This document shows, piece after piece, positions 1 through 15,617 of a stretch of DNA of 64,000 nt. Numbering within the stretch: position 1 is the first letter of the stretch; each line of letters opens with the position of its first letter. The stretch lies in the NCBI GenBank assembly GCA_951406725.2, contig OX597835.1, positions 3,720,001 to 3,784,000 on the forward strand, in the 5' to 3' direction. Source of the DNA: Octopus vulgaris. Taxonomy: Eukaryota. The notes beneath the pieces were generated by a model. The model saw only the letters and a program-made list of their open reading frames with translations. It was not told the DNA's origin and made no database searches. A program made the translations under genes and the position numbers.

Positions 1-402
1 GAGCAAGTCGATTACATCGATCCCAGTGCTAGATTGGTACTTACTCTATTGGCCCCGAAAGGATGAAAAGCTAAGTCGATCTCGGCAGAGTTTGAACTCG
101 GAACGTAAAGACAGACGAAATGCTGCCAAGCATTTTGCTTGGCATACTAAAAAGATTCTCTCAGCTCACCGCCTTAATAATATTTATAATCCTTTCTACT
201 ATAGGCACAAGGCCCGAAATTTTTGGGGACGGGTGGGCAGTCGATTAGATCGACCTCAGTACGCAACTGGTACTTAATTTATCGACTCCGAAAGGATGAA
301 AGGCAAAGTCGACCTCAGCGGAATTTGAACTCAGAACGTAGCTACGGGCGAAATACCGCTAAGCATTTCGTCCAGGGTAGTGACAATTCTGCCAGCTCGC
401 AA
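1..402 (-). mobile_element. Two SINE family B copies
   Basis: Shared core cgaccccgaaaggatgaaaggcaaagtcgacctcggcggaatttgaactc. Confidence 0.8.
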
Positions 403-578
403 CCTTGACAACAACAACAATAATAATAATAACAATGAGAAGAAGAAGAAGGAGGAGGAGGAAATGATATGAAGAACTTAAAGTTAATATTTGCGAAAAT
501 ACGACCCTACCTTCAACCCCCAAATTATAAAAGTGTGTACAACTTGTATTCTTTTTCAGTCACAAACGCACGCGCACA

Positions 579-614
<36 letters not shown>

Positions 615-2122
615 TGCACACGCACATGCACACGCACACGCACACGCACACGCACACGACAGAAAATTTTGAGTTTCCGATGTCTGAAAAGTAAGGGATT
701 TTCGTAACATCTGAAATTCAGCTGACTTCTTTGATCCTTACCGAAAATGGAATAGGAATTGATTTCGGCCAATATTATTTTTTGTCTATAAGCTTTGAGT
801 GTCGCTATCTCTTTATTTATTTTTTTGTTTATATTTCTTCCTGATTTGAAATGAAAACAATTATCATCACACCTTCCTCCATTTTGAATAACTTGAGTAT
901 ATAATAAATGGATTATCTAACACGCCGCACCGATAAAGCCCGATATGCCGAAACATACTTTTTCCAGATATAAAATCATTGTAAAATATCAACTATATAA
1001 ATAATAAATCATTTCGAGTCACTCGACTTTTTTTTATTAAAAAAAAAATGATCGCACGCTTCTCTCCTTCATGCGGAAAGCGAATGAACCGCTTGAGAAA
1101 GCGCTTATATTGGAAAGTAAAGTGTTTCAGCTTCCTCTTTTACAGAGTAAGTTGTATTTAAATGAGCTTTCGTGATATTACCAGAAATTCTATTTGTTTG
1201 AAATATCAGTGAAAACTAGAGAATTCATAAGACAAGGCAGGTGTTGTTTCATCCGTTGTAAATACTAAAATATAAAAAAAAAAAGACAACAGGGGCTTCG
1301 GAAACATTATGATTGATGAAAAATCCGAGAAAATGCCAGGGAAGTCAAAGCTAAAGTTTTGTAAGTGAACCGACCAATGATCAAAGATCAAGCGACTGCA
1401 CAGAGAGTGATACACTACAGCAGTTCGGACAGTGCTGGATTTCGGACAAAAGAGGCTCTGTGCTAGTTAAGTTATGAGGCCCCTTACTTGGACAGTTAGG
1501 CATACATGCTCAAGAAATTTGTCGTATCATATTTTGGGGCAGGAAGATGCCCACCCAACTCGGTCAACGGGACTGTGTGCTTAAGCACACCTAAGCATAA
1601 TGGTAAATCCGGCACTGATTACAGGGAACGCAAAACACTGCAACACTGCAGACTACGTACAAGACAAAGGCTGTCCAGATGTGCCGTAAACTAAGTACTT
1701 CTTAGGAAATTCATACGAATGCTTGGGTGTCTTGAAAATAACTCATCCATAATTTCGTTAAACACAATTAATCATAAAATATAGTTAACGATAAGTTTCT
1801 AATTTTCATCTATAAAACAGTTTTTCTTTAACTTTCCATGTAAAGTGCGTCAAAGCGTCACCAGATCAAAAGTATTTAGAACCCTCCAGGCAGAGACCCC
1901 TTCCTCCTTGACTTATAACTGCTATAGAAATGGTATGGTCTTCAGAGGACGCGAAACCTGGAGCGTATTTTTAGTTGATGGACGCACTATCAACCTGACT
2001 AGCTGCGACAAGAAGTTTGTGTAGCGAGAGGAAATTATTGAATTAATCTTCTCACAGTTGTACAGTGTTGGAATGTCGAAAGAGGAGAGTCCAGCCATGC
2101 TTGTCAATCAGAACAGAATTAC

Positions 2123-2221
<99 letters not shown>

Positions 2222-2799
2222 TGGTAGAGAACACCAGACGCGCATATATAGGAGCAACCACCGCAGAGAAGAAATATTTCTAATAATGAGAAAGTTCATA
2301 AAACATCTTTTGCCTGTTGTCGAGTCGAAATAAGATAGGAATCGCTGGAATAGATTTGGTGTGAACACCCACATACACACGCAAATGTGATGTATGTATG
2401 TATATATGTATATATATGTGTGTGTGTGTGTGTATTTGTGGATGACGTCTGTCGATGTATAAAAATGTTTGCATGGAGGAGGAGTTCGGAGAAAGTGAGG
2501 ATGAGATCTGGTGGTGGTGGTGGTGGCGGCGGCTGTTAAATGCAACCTGGGGAGAAATTTGGAAATGAGTTGGGATGGGGATGGGGGCAGATATAAAAGA
2601 ATATTCCCTCCTGGAGAGATAATGATGATGATGATGATGATGATGATGTTGGTGATGCCGATGATAATGATATGTAAGTCCTACCCGACCTCCCTCTCTC
2701 TCTCACTAACATTACCAGTTACCAAATTAATAGTCCAAACGACCAGAAACAGCCGTTGCAATTCCCCTGTACTCACACCCCACCCAAGAATACACACAT

Positions 2800-2830
<31 letters not shown>

Positions 2831-3202
2831 CATACATACATCTATACATACACACATATGCAAACATCTAACATCTACGCATACAGAGTCACACATGCTT
2901 ATGTACATCTACTCTCTGAACGTTTGAACCACACATAAACAAAAGTGTGTATATGTATGTGTGTATATAGGTCTCTCTCTCTCTATATATATGTGCGTGT
3001 GTGTATATATGTGCATATATATATATATATATATAAACATATTTATGTGTATATATATATATATATATACATATAAACGTATTTATATATATATATATAA
3101 AAATATAAATATATGTAAATATATTTATGTATATATACAAATGTATTTATATATATATATATATAAATACATATATGTAAATATATTTATGTATATATGA
3201 AT

Positions 3203-3318
<116 letters not shown>

Positions 3319-3682
3319 GAGTATGCGTATATGTGTTTATATATGTGTGTGCGTGTGATGTGTGTGTGTGCAAAATCTGCTTCCCTTTGGTAATTTCACA
3401 TCTAATTTTTCCCAAACCTGGAGCAAAGATCTGTAGTGAGACAATTTGGTTTGTATTGGAAAGTGGTGGGAACAGCGACATTGGCTGAGTGTGGACCGTA
3501 TTGCAGCGAATGCTCGAAATCTGGAAATCTGCAAATCAAGAGGCGTCCGTAGCGATATGATGTTTCTGCTGTATTGTTTCTGCTGTCAACGGTTCGGAAT
3601 GGCAGGGAAACACGAAAAACGCAGCGAAAGTAACCAAGAAGTTGGATACAATTCCATCAACGATGCATGATATTTTCAGTTA

Positions 3683-4367
<685 letters not shown>

Positions 4368-5419
4368 TCAATGTTTTAGTGTAGATGAATTAAATGAATG
4401 TTTATTCTTTCAATACATGTTATGTAGTAAATAAAATATTTACAAACAGTTAGAAGACGGCAATTCCTCAATGAAAACATAAATGGAAATGGCTTTCACC
4501 GGTTCTTTTATTCAAAATTACAAAAAGTTTCAATAAAATGTAATACTTCTCTGAAAGGCATAGATGTCTCCTTCTGGGCATAAGACAATTATTAATATTA
4601 ACAATTATATGATCGATAAGTTCATTAATATTGAAATAAATCATTAATTAAGTCAAGCACTGGATTCGATACCTCCATACCCGCCAACAGCTGTTTTATG
4701 GTCATATTTTAAAAGGCAATATTTGACAAAATTTTAGGGCAGTGAATGGTGCGTCAGACAAAAAGACTGAACGATGTTTAGAAACTCTGAAATAGGCCAG
4801 ATTCTTCCATTCAGAGGTTCGATAAAATACATAGCTGTGAAATAATTTCGATTAAAAATCAATATGAGTGTTAAATTGATTGACAGCCACGCCGATTCCA
4901 GCCAGCCCGGCAGGGTTTAAAATAATTAGTGTTAATATTTTAAAGTCTAAAAACATTACTTAAAGAGAGGGTTAATTAGACCAAATACTACAATTGGTGG
5001 GCTTTCAACTTATAATATAAACAAGTTACAGCTAAATAACGCAAAACACTGATTTTTCACGTTACTCTCCACTTCTATCATCAACCGCCGCCCTATTTGC
5101 CACCCACGGCTAACGAAAAATGGAATTCAGAGGGAGAGAGAGGAGGAGAGCAAGAGAGAGAGATAGAGAGAAAGGTGGAAGTAAGGCCTGGCGAAGTAAT
5201 TTCTATAGAGCTGGAATGAAATTACGAGATGAGAAGATGAGAAAGAGGGAGGTGTAGGCCACACAATTATCTCTTACTCTTTCAACTTTATTGTCAACCT
5301 CAAGTACTTTATGCGGGAGTATGGGTGCTTATGTATGTGTACACGCCTTTATATAAATGGGAATGTGAGTGAGAGAGAGAGAGAGTGTGTGTGTGCGTGC
5401 GTATATATATATATATATA

Positions 5420-5456
<37 letters not shown>

Positions 5457-5553
5457 ATCGAGGTCTCTTTCATTCTTTTGTTGTCTTACCATTTTTATCA
5501 AAATATATATATATATATATATACATACGTTCATGCAAACATATACATATATA

Positions 5554-5602
<49 letters not shown>

Positions 5603-5606
<4 letters not shown>

Positions 5607-5907
5607 GAAAAAACACCTTTTACAATTCAAAATTTAAATTATCAATTACATATAATAGAAATATTTAAATTAAAATAACAATAAAATGTCAAAGATTAAG
5701 TAAATTTGCAAAAATATAATAATAATAATAACGTATATAAATTGTATATACAATTTATATACGTTATTATTATTATATTTTTGCAATTTACCTAATCTTT
5801 GACATTTTATTGTTATTTTAATTTAAATATTTCTATTATATGTAATTTTCTAGATGGTGTAATTTAATTGTTCATTTTGAATTGATAAAAGGTGTTTTTT
5901 TTCTAAT
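5603..5907. repeat. AT-rich ~300-bp palindrome between (TA)n tracts
   Basis: Centre ttgtat|atacaa at 5747/5748; arms complementary with few mismatches. Confidence 0.85.
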
Positions 5908-6007
5908 CTTTTATATATATAATATATTGTGTGAAGTTTGATTTAGTATTTCTAAATTTAATTTTTTTTTCCTTGTAAGTTTTGGATTTTATTCCCTCAA
6001 TTATTAA

Positions 6008-6063
<56 letters not shown>

Positions 6064-6281
6064 TATCCATGCAAGTATATACACACATCACACACACACA
6101 CACACACACGCGCACACACAGGATATCTGTGAGTGTTTATGCATGTGTGTGAGCGAACAAGAACGTGCTGTCACCATTCTTATGTTAAGAGAACAAAAAA
6201 ATATATTACTAAACTGAAAGTGACGACCACCATGAAATACTGAGATGTATGAGAGAGGGAGAGAGAGGAGGAAATAAGAGA

Positions 6282-6320
<39 letters not shown>

Positions 6321-6599
6321 GAGTAAAAGAAATAAGAAGACTGGAGATGATTAGGCTAGCGAGAAGCAAGCAGAGATTGAGAGATGAAAGGCAATTGGTG
6401 AAATTTGTTAGGATGAAAAGATTTGGTATAGACAAATATATATAAATATATATATACATATATTTAGGGAGGGGTGGAGAGAGAGATGCGTATATTATAT
6501 ATTTGTGTAATTGTTTGTGTGTATAGAATCTCTTCCTGTGTCATGCGAATATAATAATATCGTGCATTTGCTACAAATCAATATTAGTGTTAAATATCG

Positions 6600-7029
6600 A
6601 TATGGAATTTTGGCGCAGGACCACAATTTCGGAGCAAGGGAGTAAGTCGATAACATCGCTTCCAATGCTCTACAGGAACTTATTTTATCGATTCCCGGTG
6701 GATGAAAGGCCAAGTCGACCTCGGCAGAATTTGAACTCAGAACATAATGACATAAAAATGTCGCTAAGCATTTTTCTTTCCGGCGTTTCTAGCGATTCTT
6801 ATTTCTTTATTGCCCACAAGGGGCTAAACATAGAGAAGACAAACAAGAACAGAAAAACGGATTTAGTCGATTATATCGACCCCAGTGCGTAACTGGTACT
6901 TAATTTATCGACCCCGAAAGGATGAAAGACTAAGTCGACCTCGGCGGAATTTGAACTCAGAACGTAATGGCAGACGAAATACTGCTCAGCATTTCGCCCG
7001 GCGTGCTAACGTTTCTGCCAGCTCGCCGC
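6600..7029 (-). mobile_element. Two SINE family B copies (one old, one young)
   Basis: Same core sequence twice. Confidence 0.8.
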
Positions 7030-8070
7030 TTTCATATTAGTCTTTAATATCGATACAAGAAATTTCAGGTAACAATAATTGTATTACGAAGTAACGAGAA
7101 AAGAAAACGTAGCGCCCATACAGGAGCTGCAAGACTGGTGGTGGTGGTGGGGAGGAGTTGAGTCTCGAGGGATAGTATCTCCTGACTGCAATGGGTGTTA
7201 GTCCGAATATCTGTGACACACCTCGCTTTGTAAAACGATCCTAAGGCCCAGGTAGCAGTGACGGCGGTTGTGTTGATGTTGGGTGGTGGACTGCGTCTAC
7301 CGAAAGCCCATAATACAACCTCGACCTATTCACTGTACATGTTAGAAATAACCGCTAAATGTCCCTCAAAATCACGCTGCACCATCTTAAAGGATGAAAG
7401 GCTTTTGATACTGGAGTCCTATAACGATAGTTTGGGGAGAGGAAAGGTATGATGATGAGCAGCTCAGAAGTAAATAGGGATCACGTTCAGGTATAGATTG
7501 CTTACGTTTGGTTGTTGCTATTTAGTCCCATGCCCCTGATTGTGCAGTAATACCTCGAAAGCTTTTTAACTGTGAGTAAACTAACTTTATTTTTAAGTAT
7601 AATCTATATGTGAAATATTCCGTCCCATTTTCTGATAGTATGGTGCAATTTTGAGAGAGATTTGGCTGCTATTTTTAGCATTTGTTAGTTATTTAATTTA
7701 TTTCTACTCCAGCTTGTTGATTTGTTAGATGCTAAACACGTCGGTATACAATTACTGTTTTCTGTTGAGGACTGCTATGCACTTTGTTTGAATAAATAGA
7801 AGAGACCTGTGTTAGGATGTCAGGTCATAAATCTAACAGTTAGAAACATAGTTTATAGTTGACTGTAACTACTAGTAATTTATTGGTATTGTTGACTGCA
7901 GATTTCAGAAATTAGTCACGTGACTAATCAAATAGTCATTTATACTCTGTAATGAAACAAGTGTTTCTTTTTTTTTTCTTCTTAATTTATTCTGGTTGAC
8001 GTGTAAAATTATGAAAATGTGATTTTGGTGAAACAACTAAAGGAATCGTGTTTTCTTTTCTCTTTCACAG

Positions 8071-8642
8071 ACAAAATGACGTGCCCAACACCGACAGACA
8101 ACGAGAAAATCAAAGGTGACTCCAATAACAACAACAACAGCAACAACAGCAACAGCATGGTCGATGGAACTGGAGATTGTCCATTGTTACGTCAACGTCA
8201 GAGACGGAAACCGCGAGTCCTCTTCTCACAGGCACAAGTCTATGAACTGGAAAGACGATTCAAACAGCAACGCTACCTATCGGCGCCAGAAAGGGAACAG
8301 CTAGCGAATATGTTGAAGCTAACCTCAACACAGGTCAAAATCTGGTTTCAAAACCGTCGCTACAAATGCAAACGTCAACGTCAGGATAAAAACCTGGAAC
8401 TGTCGACGATGCAGCCACCGAGGAGAGTGGCCGTACCAGTGTTGGTCCGGGATGGCAAACCATGTTTGGGGCAGAGCAGTGTCAGTCCACCATACTCCAC
8501 TCCGTACAACGTCAATCCATTCGCCTACTCAACCGGCCCAGTCTACAGCAACAACAACAACAATAACCTAACGTCAGTCAATCAAATCCAACAGACAAGT
8601 TATGTACAGAATCAAATTCACCATGGAATCCGAGCATGGTGA
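8071..8642 (+). CDS. NKX2-5: NK4/Nkx2-5 (tinman-class) homeobox transcription factor, terminal coding exon
   Basis: Homeodomain [60 protein letters not shown] with NK2-class Tyr54. Also the NK2-specific domain [16 protein letters not shown], a Tyr-rich segment and the C-terminal GIRAW motif of Nkx2-3/5/6. Acceptor ttttcttttctctttcacag ends at 8070 (phase 1); stop TGA 8640-8642. No TN/eh1 exon found upstream. Confidence 0.95.
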
Positions 8643-8739
8643 AAAGCATCACAAAACACTAACGACAACAACAACAGCAATTTCTTCATTCACTTTCTTC
8701 TTTCTCTCTCTCACTTTCTCTGGCTTACTTTTTAAAAAT

Positions 8740-8801
<62 letters not shown>

Positions 8802-8997
8802 CATATATATATATACATATACATATATATATATATGACACCTGCACATATACTCATATGCAAAAATACACGCACATACACATGCATATATATATGCATA
8901 TGTATATATATATATATATATACACATATATTTGTGTGTGTGTGTGTGTGTCTGTACGTATATGTATATGTTGTGTGTATACGTGTGTGTACATGTG

Positions 8998-9041
<44 letters not shown>

Positions 9042-9392
9042 TGTATAAATATATGCTTGCGTGTGTGTATATGTGTGTGCATAGGGCAATGAGAAAGTGG
9101 GTGTGTATATTTCTTAAAACTCTCGTCTGATATCAAGGATGAAAACGAAGATGTACCCCAGCAAGGGCTCAAACGTCATCCACTTGAACACTTCTCAATT
9201 TTGAAAACAGTTTGTCTTAATCTCTCACTTCCTGACCTGAGCGCTCGATGATATTGAACTGTGGAACCATCCTTCGAAAAGGATATCCTTCATACACCCT
9301 TATTCAACCTGCATCCTTACCCCTGATGGAATCACTATATACATCAACATCATCATTATTATCATTATGTTCATAATGAAAAATGCTAGTAC

Positions 9393-9436
<44 letters not shown>

Positions 9437-9580
9437 TATATATGTATGCTATCACTTATGTGTATATATATACATATATATGCTACCATTTATATATATA
9501 TATAAGTACATATATATATATATATGTAAGTATATATATATATATGTGTAAGTATATATATATATATAATTCACAATATA

Positions 9581-9632
<52 letters not shown>

Positions 9633-10239
9633 TATATATATATATATGTATGTATATATACATACATACAAGACAGATACACGCAGAAAACACGTTCGCA
9701 TACAAATGAAAATACAGCAAAAGCCACTTCGAACTGTCGAATACTGCGCAAGAACACAAAAAAGACAAACAACATTGGCATTGAATGCTAAAGTCTCTCT
9801 CATCTAACAGTAAATACGAGTGTCTATATATTAACAAAGCCAACAAAATCAATGGCGGAATGACAGAAGCAACACTTAAAATACGCACACATTCACACAC
9901 GCACACGTTCACATTAATACTCGATTTAATCGATCATGCTAATTGTCTGTAAGATGGTGGCGTTGTGTTAATATGAGAAAATATTATTCAATTATAATTA
10001 TTATTACTATTATAATTATTATTATTATAATTATTATAATTAATATCGCTATTCCAATTATTATATATATTTTTCTTAACACGAATAGAACCCTTACCAT
10101 ATCTCTCTTCTTTGTTGTTATTGTTTGTTATTTTTATTGCAGGGTAATTTATACCCGGTTGTGCGATGTCTATGTTTTAATACAACAGGTTATTCATACA
10201 TTGTGATACATCCCATCTTCCATCGTTGTTACTGTTACC

Positions 10240-10468
10240 TATTTCTTTACTACCCACAAGGGGCTAAACACAGAGGGGACAAACAAGGACAGACAGACGG
10301 ATTAAGTCGATTATACCGACCCCAGTGCGTAACTGGTACTTATTTAATCGACCCCGAAAGGATGAAAGGCAAAGTCGACCTCGGCGGAATTTGAACTCAG
10401 AACGTAGCGACGGGCGAAATACTGCTCAGCATTTCGCCCGGCGTGCTAACGACTCTGCCAGCTCGCCA
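10240..10468 (-). mobile_element. SINE family B with 20-bp TSD
   Basis: TSD ccatcgttgttactgttacc at 10220-10239 and 10469-10488. Confidence 0.9.
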
Positions 10469-11066
10469 CCATCGTTGTTACTGTTACCGGTTGTTGCGAT
10501 GATGCTGGAAGTGATGACGGTGGTGCTAGTGGCGGGGTCTTGTCGCTGGTGGTGCTGAGTGTAGTGGCTCAGGTAGTCATGTCATGGCAACAATGTATGG
10601 AAAAATAAAAACGAAACAAGATTTGCGATTAATCCCTGGAGGGTTTTTACATAATGAACGGGAGAAGAAGTACTCAATACCAACTTGAAATGCAATAGTT
10701 TATTTAGGCTGGTCGGGGCGGTCTGCTATAATGGACAATGGTGCCATAGAAAGACTGGATGTACAGATTTGTACACAGGCTTAAATCTCTATATATACAT
10801 TCCTGTATACACACACACACACACATGTTTGTGTGGATATGTGTGTGTGTGTGTGTGTGCGTGCACATGTGTTTATGATATATATAATACATATGAAAAT
10901 ATATAGTTATGTGTTCAATAAAATATTTGTGTGCATATATGCGTTTATTAGACATATGTACATATACATGTACATGTATGTATGTATGTATGTATGTATG
11001 TATGTATGTATGTATGTATGTATGTGTGTGTGTGTGTGTGTATGTATGTGTGTGTGTGTGTATGTT

Positions 11067-11100
<34 letters not shown>

Positions 11101-11525
11101 CCTTACCAGTAACTCTTCCATGTTTCCAACAGAACTAGATATTTTAACTCTGTCACTGATTTCGTGTTTATGTTTCAAAGTTGTGTTGTTAAGCCATGAA
11201 ATAATGAAATATGAGAAATGTCGGCAAATCTCTCAAAAAAGTAAAGAAAAATACTACAAAAATCAATAACATACAAAGTTGTATCAGCTATTGCTTTTTA
11301 ACTGAACCGCCATAAGTCAACCGTAACTCAACGACTCCTCTTCTGTGGTTTCTCGATTTGCTAGAAATAGCAAAATGTCCGTAATTTTCTGTAAAAGTAA
11401 AAACGTTTTTTGATCTTTAGGTGTTCTTATTCAGGAATGGTTTGGAGTCCAAACAATAGGAGCAACGGCACAAATATTCTTGAATTATTGAAATCGTATT
11501 TGATGCCTAAATGTGTGTGCATGCG

Positions 11526-11611
<86 letters not shown>

Positions 11612-12012
11612 TGAGTTAAGAAAATAAACTCAGACAATCCAAGAGCATGTATTTGAAAACCATAAAACAAGACACTTTTGTGATTTTATTGGAAGAATCT
11701 CCGCTTCCAGACGGGGAAGAACAATCACCTGCAGGCAGTTGGGACCCATATCCGAGCCGAGAATTCTTCAAACATTCACGTGCTGTAAAAAAAGAACACA
11801 ATATCAACGTCTGGAGACCAGACAAAGGCTGTTGGCGCGTGTTTCCTCTTGAATTTCGTGAACAGCTTCACAGTGTCTCTACCTTTTCTCCTTTTCTCCG
11901 ACAGAAAAAGATACTTTGATGTATTCCCCATAAAGGCAGCAAAAGATCAATTATTTTGAGTTGCCAATTTATACTTGTGTGTGTGCGTATGTTATCTATG
12001 AATATATACGTT

Positions 12013-12080
<68 letters not shown>

Positions 12081-12261
12081 AATAAAAACATGATGCAAAG
12101 GATTTAGCGGTACATATGTTTCGGGCCTTTATTAGACGGTTTATAACAATGCATAATTGATGTAAATGTGTGTCTATAGCCTTCTTCAGCTGCGTCACCT
12201 ACACCACTAAATGTCATATACAGGTGCTTACAATTATCAAGTATTCACCCTGAATTTTTTT

Positions 12262-12357
<96 letters not shown>

Positions 12358-12463
12358 CAGAGTAAGCACATAAATATGAAACAAGCTAAAAAAAAATAGA
12401 ACTCGAATACCGGAGGTAGAGTAATATGCTTTATTATTAATGCTGCAAAAAACATCATAGAAA

Positions 12464-12577
12464 AACTACTACTCGGAGTTTCACGTTCCCGTTCGTCGGA
12501 CAACTGTGATTCCGAATCACAATATTCTGCATCACAACTGTCCGATTAAAGGGAACATGAAACTCAGAGTAGCAGTT
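12464..12577. ncRNA. Inverted pair of degenerate minimal hammerhead-like motifs
   Basis: Minus 12464-12505: CCGACGA-ACG GGAA CGU-GAAAC-UCCGA-GUA. Plus 12536-12577: aactgt-ccgatta-...-gaaac-tcaga-gta-gcagtt. Confidence 0.45.
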
Positions 12578-12752
12578 ATTATTATTATTATTATTATTAT
12601 TTTGTTTTGTGATGCCTTTGCACCTTTAATAATAAAGTATATGCATTTCAATACGGAGCAAATAATTCAGGAGAAAATAATTTGCAAAGACATCATTGAC
12701 TCTATTATTATCTAGTGTAACAATTTAAAAACGATAATCTGTTACACTAGAT

Positions 12753-12953
12753 CAGTGGTTTTCAACCAGGGTTCCGCCAGTACTGTCTAGGGGTTCCGCA
12801 AGAAGTTACAAAACTGCTAAAATCGGCAGTAATTTTTAAGTCTCCTGTGCAGATATGTGTGCATAAGACTATTAAATTATTGCACAGGGGTTCCTCGAGC
12901 CAGTGGAATGTTTCCTTGGGGTTCTGCTCCTGCAAAAAGTTTGAAAAGCACTG
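12753..12953. mobile_element. hAT-type MITE
   Basis: TIRs CAGTGGTTTTCAA / TTGAAAAGCACTG; near-perfect 8-bp TSD cactagat / ccctagat. Confidence 0.8.
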
Positions 12954-13491
12954 CCCTAGATAATAATAAAATCAATGATATCTTCGCAAATTATTTTCTC
13001 GTAAATTATTTGCTCCGTATTGAAATTATTTTCACACTGGTGGCTGCCATGATTCGGCGCAAAACGAATCAGTCGCAGCGCAGACTTCAACACGATGGGT
13101 TGGGGCTCTCTATCAAGGTAACGCGTGCTGAGGAAGGTGAGGCTATTATGCCAGTCCAGAAACCGGTCCACGTGAGCCCAAATACTTGAATATATGCTGA
13201 CCGATTGTCTTAGACCGTTTGCCTTCGGACGGTTGATTTCTATAGTTATTATCAGTATGTTTTCGCAATTTAAATAAGAGTTTTGACTATTATTTCCAGC
13301 AGGTAGACCTACTTGATATTTCCTTCGATTAATTTTAAATCTATATGAATATATTTAAATGCGTAGTCTGATCAATAAGTATCCGGACTGTTGCCATAAT
13401 AACGAAGCTAAAGCCCGTAGAATAAAGCTGCTTGGTACAGATTAACCTTGAACTCTGCTATGCATGTGAATAAGTTTTAACGTCCTAGCTC

Positions 13492-13567
<76 letters not shown>

Positions 13568-13886
13568 TATATACATATATGCACACACATACACATACAC
13601 CAATATATATATATATATAATAAATATTAGGGAATGAATCCAAACTTACAGGAAAAATCAGATTTAGGATTGAATCCAATTTTATAGTAAAATATTATAT
13701 TATTAAATTAGAGACAAAACCACTATTAGGCAAATCAAATAATGAAAAACTTAAGCCAATACATATGATTAATTTATATTATTTAAATATGTAACAAATT
13801 ATTAATTATATTAATTATATTTTTAATATTTAAATAATATAAAGGTAATCTTATCTTTCTTTTTTATCTTTACCGTTTTTACTCTA

Positions 13887-13939
<53 letters not shown>

Positions 13940-14502
13940 TATATATATATTAATAGTAATGGTAAGACAACAAAAGAACGAAAAATACCTCAATATTATG
14001 TAAATAGAGGAATTTATCTGTAAATGTAATATGTGACAATTATTCGGTAGCCATACTATGGGAACGAGGCTTTCAAAGTTAGAAACGAAGAACAACCGAA
14101 GCAATTCCTCTGTAAACACCAATTATAATGTAGCGATGAGTAATAGTCACAATATAAAATATATTCTTAAAAAGTATGTTATAGATGTACTGAACAGATA
14201 TGTAAGTGATAACGCCATAAATGGCCTCCACTCATCTTCTCCATCATGAATAAAGATGGATGTGCTACATATTCACTTAAATATACTGGTTTTCGGTGTC
14301 ATTCCTACATAATTAAGTTTTTCAAAGCTAACAATACATAAAATCATCACAGTTCTTCCTTACAAAAATACTATCGCCACTGGAGATTGAACTCTTAACC
14401 CGAGGGTGCGAGTAATACTAACATTCTTATCCGCAGTCTAGCGACATCAGCCATTGTTGTTCAGAGTAATTAGACTAAATGTGTTATCGATCCCGCAAGA
14501 AT

Positions 14503-14667
14503 GGTGCAGGAGTGGCTGTGTGGTAAGTAGCTTGCTAACCAACCACATGGTTCCGAGTTCAGTCCCACTGCGTGGCACCTTGGGCAAGTGTCTTCTACTA
14601 TAGCCTCGGGCCGACCAAAGCCTTGTGAGTGGATTTGGTCGACGGAAACTGAAAGAAGCCCGTCGTA

Positions 14668-14720
<53 letters not shown>

Positions 14721-14948
14721 GTGTGTGTTTGTGTGTCTGTGTTTGTCCCCCTAGCATTGCTTGACAACCGATGCTGGTGTGTTTATGTCCCCGTTACTTA
14801 GCGGTTCGGCAAAAGAGACCGATAGAATAAGTACTAGGCTTACAAAAGAATAAGTCCTGGGGTCGATTTGCTCGACTAAAAGGCGGTGCTCCAGCATGGC
14901 CGCAGTCAAATGACTGAAACAAGTAAAAGAGTAAAAGAGAAAAGAGTA
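14503..14948 (+). mobile_element. SINE family A
   Basis: Full-length copy, tail (aaaagagt)n. Confidence 0.88.
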
Positions 14949-15322
14949 ATGGAAGGTAAACTTTAGATCTGAGCAGGATCTCAACTCAGAGACGGTCCTG
15001 GCACTCCGTCCGTTACGACGACCCGGGTTCCGGTTGATCCGATCAACTGAACAGCTTAACGTGAAAGTGGATGAACACTCCGCAGACACGCGTACAGTTA
15101 GCGTAGTTCTCGAGGAGATTCAGCGTGACACAGAATGTGACAAGGCTGGCCCTTTTGAAATGCGGGTACAACTCACTTTTGTCAACTGAGTGAACTGGAG
15201 TTCAAGGACACAAAACGCCGCCCAGTATCGAAATCACAACATTACCATCGTGCGCTGAATAACTCTAACAACTAAGCCACAGATCTTCGCCTTCGAAGAC
15301 GGTAAAGGGAGGAAAACACGAA

Positions 15323-15553
15323 GGCGGCGAGCTGGCAGAGACGTTAGCACCTCGGGCGAAAGGCTTAGCGGTATTTCGCCTGTCGTTACGTTCTGAGTTC
15401 AAATTCCGCCGAGGTCGACTTTGCCTTTCATCCTTTCGGGGTCGATAAATTAAGTACCAGTTACGCACTGGGGTCGATGTAATCGACTTAATACCTATGT
15501 CTGTCCTTGTTTGTCCCCTCTGTGTTTAGCCCCTTGTGGGTAATAAAGAAATA
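15323..15553 (+). mobile_element. SINE family B with TSD
   Basis: Head GGCGGCGAGCTGGCAGA...GAGTTCAAATTCC; TSD ggtaaagggaggaaaac at 15301-15317 and 15554-15570. Confidence 0.9.
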
Positions 15554-15617
15554 GGTAAAGGGAGGAAAACGAATATTGCAACTTCGATGTCTTACTATTG
15601 TGACAGCTTCAACAAGT

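Noticed and set aside
8019-8070. ORF-track N-terminus of the homeobox protein
   Set aside because: Starts at GTG and runs through a polypyrimidine tract and AG acceptor, so it is intronic
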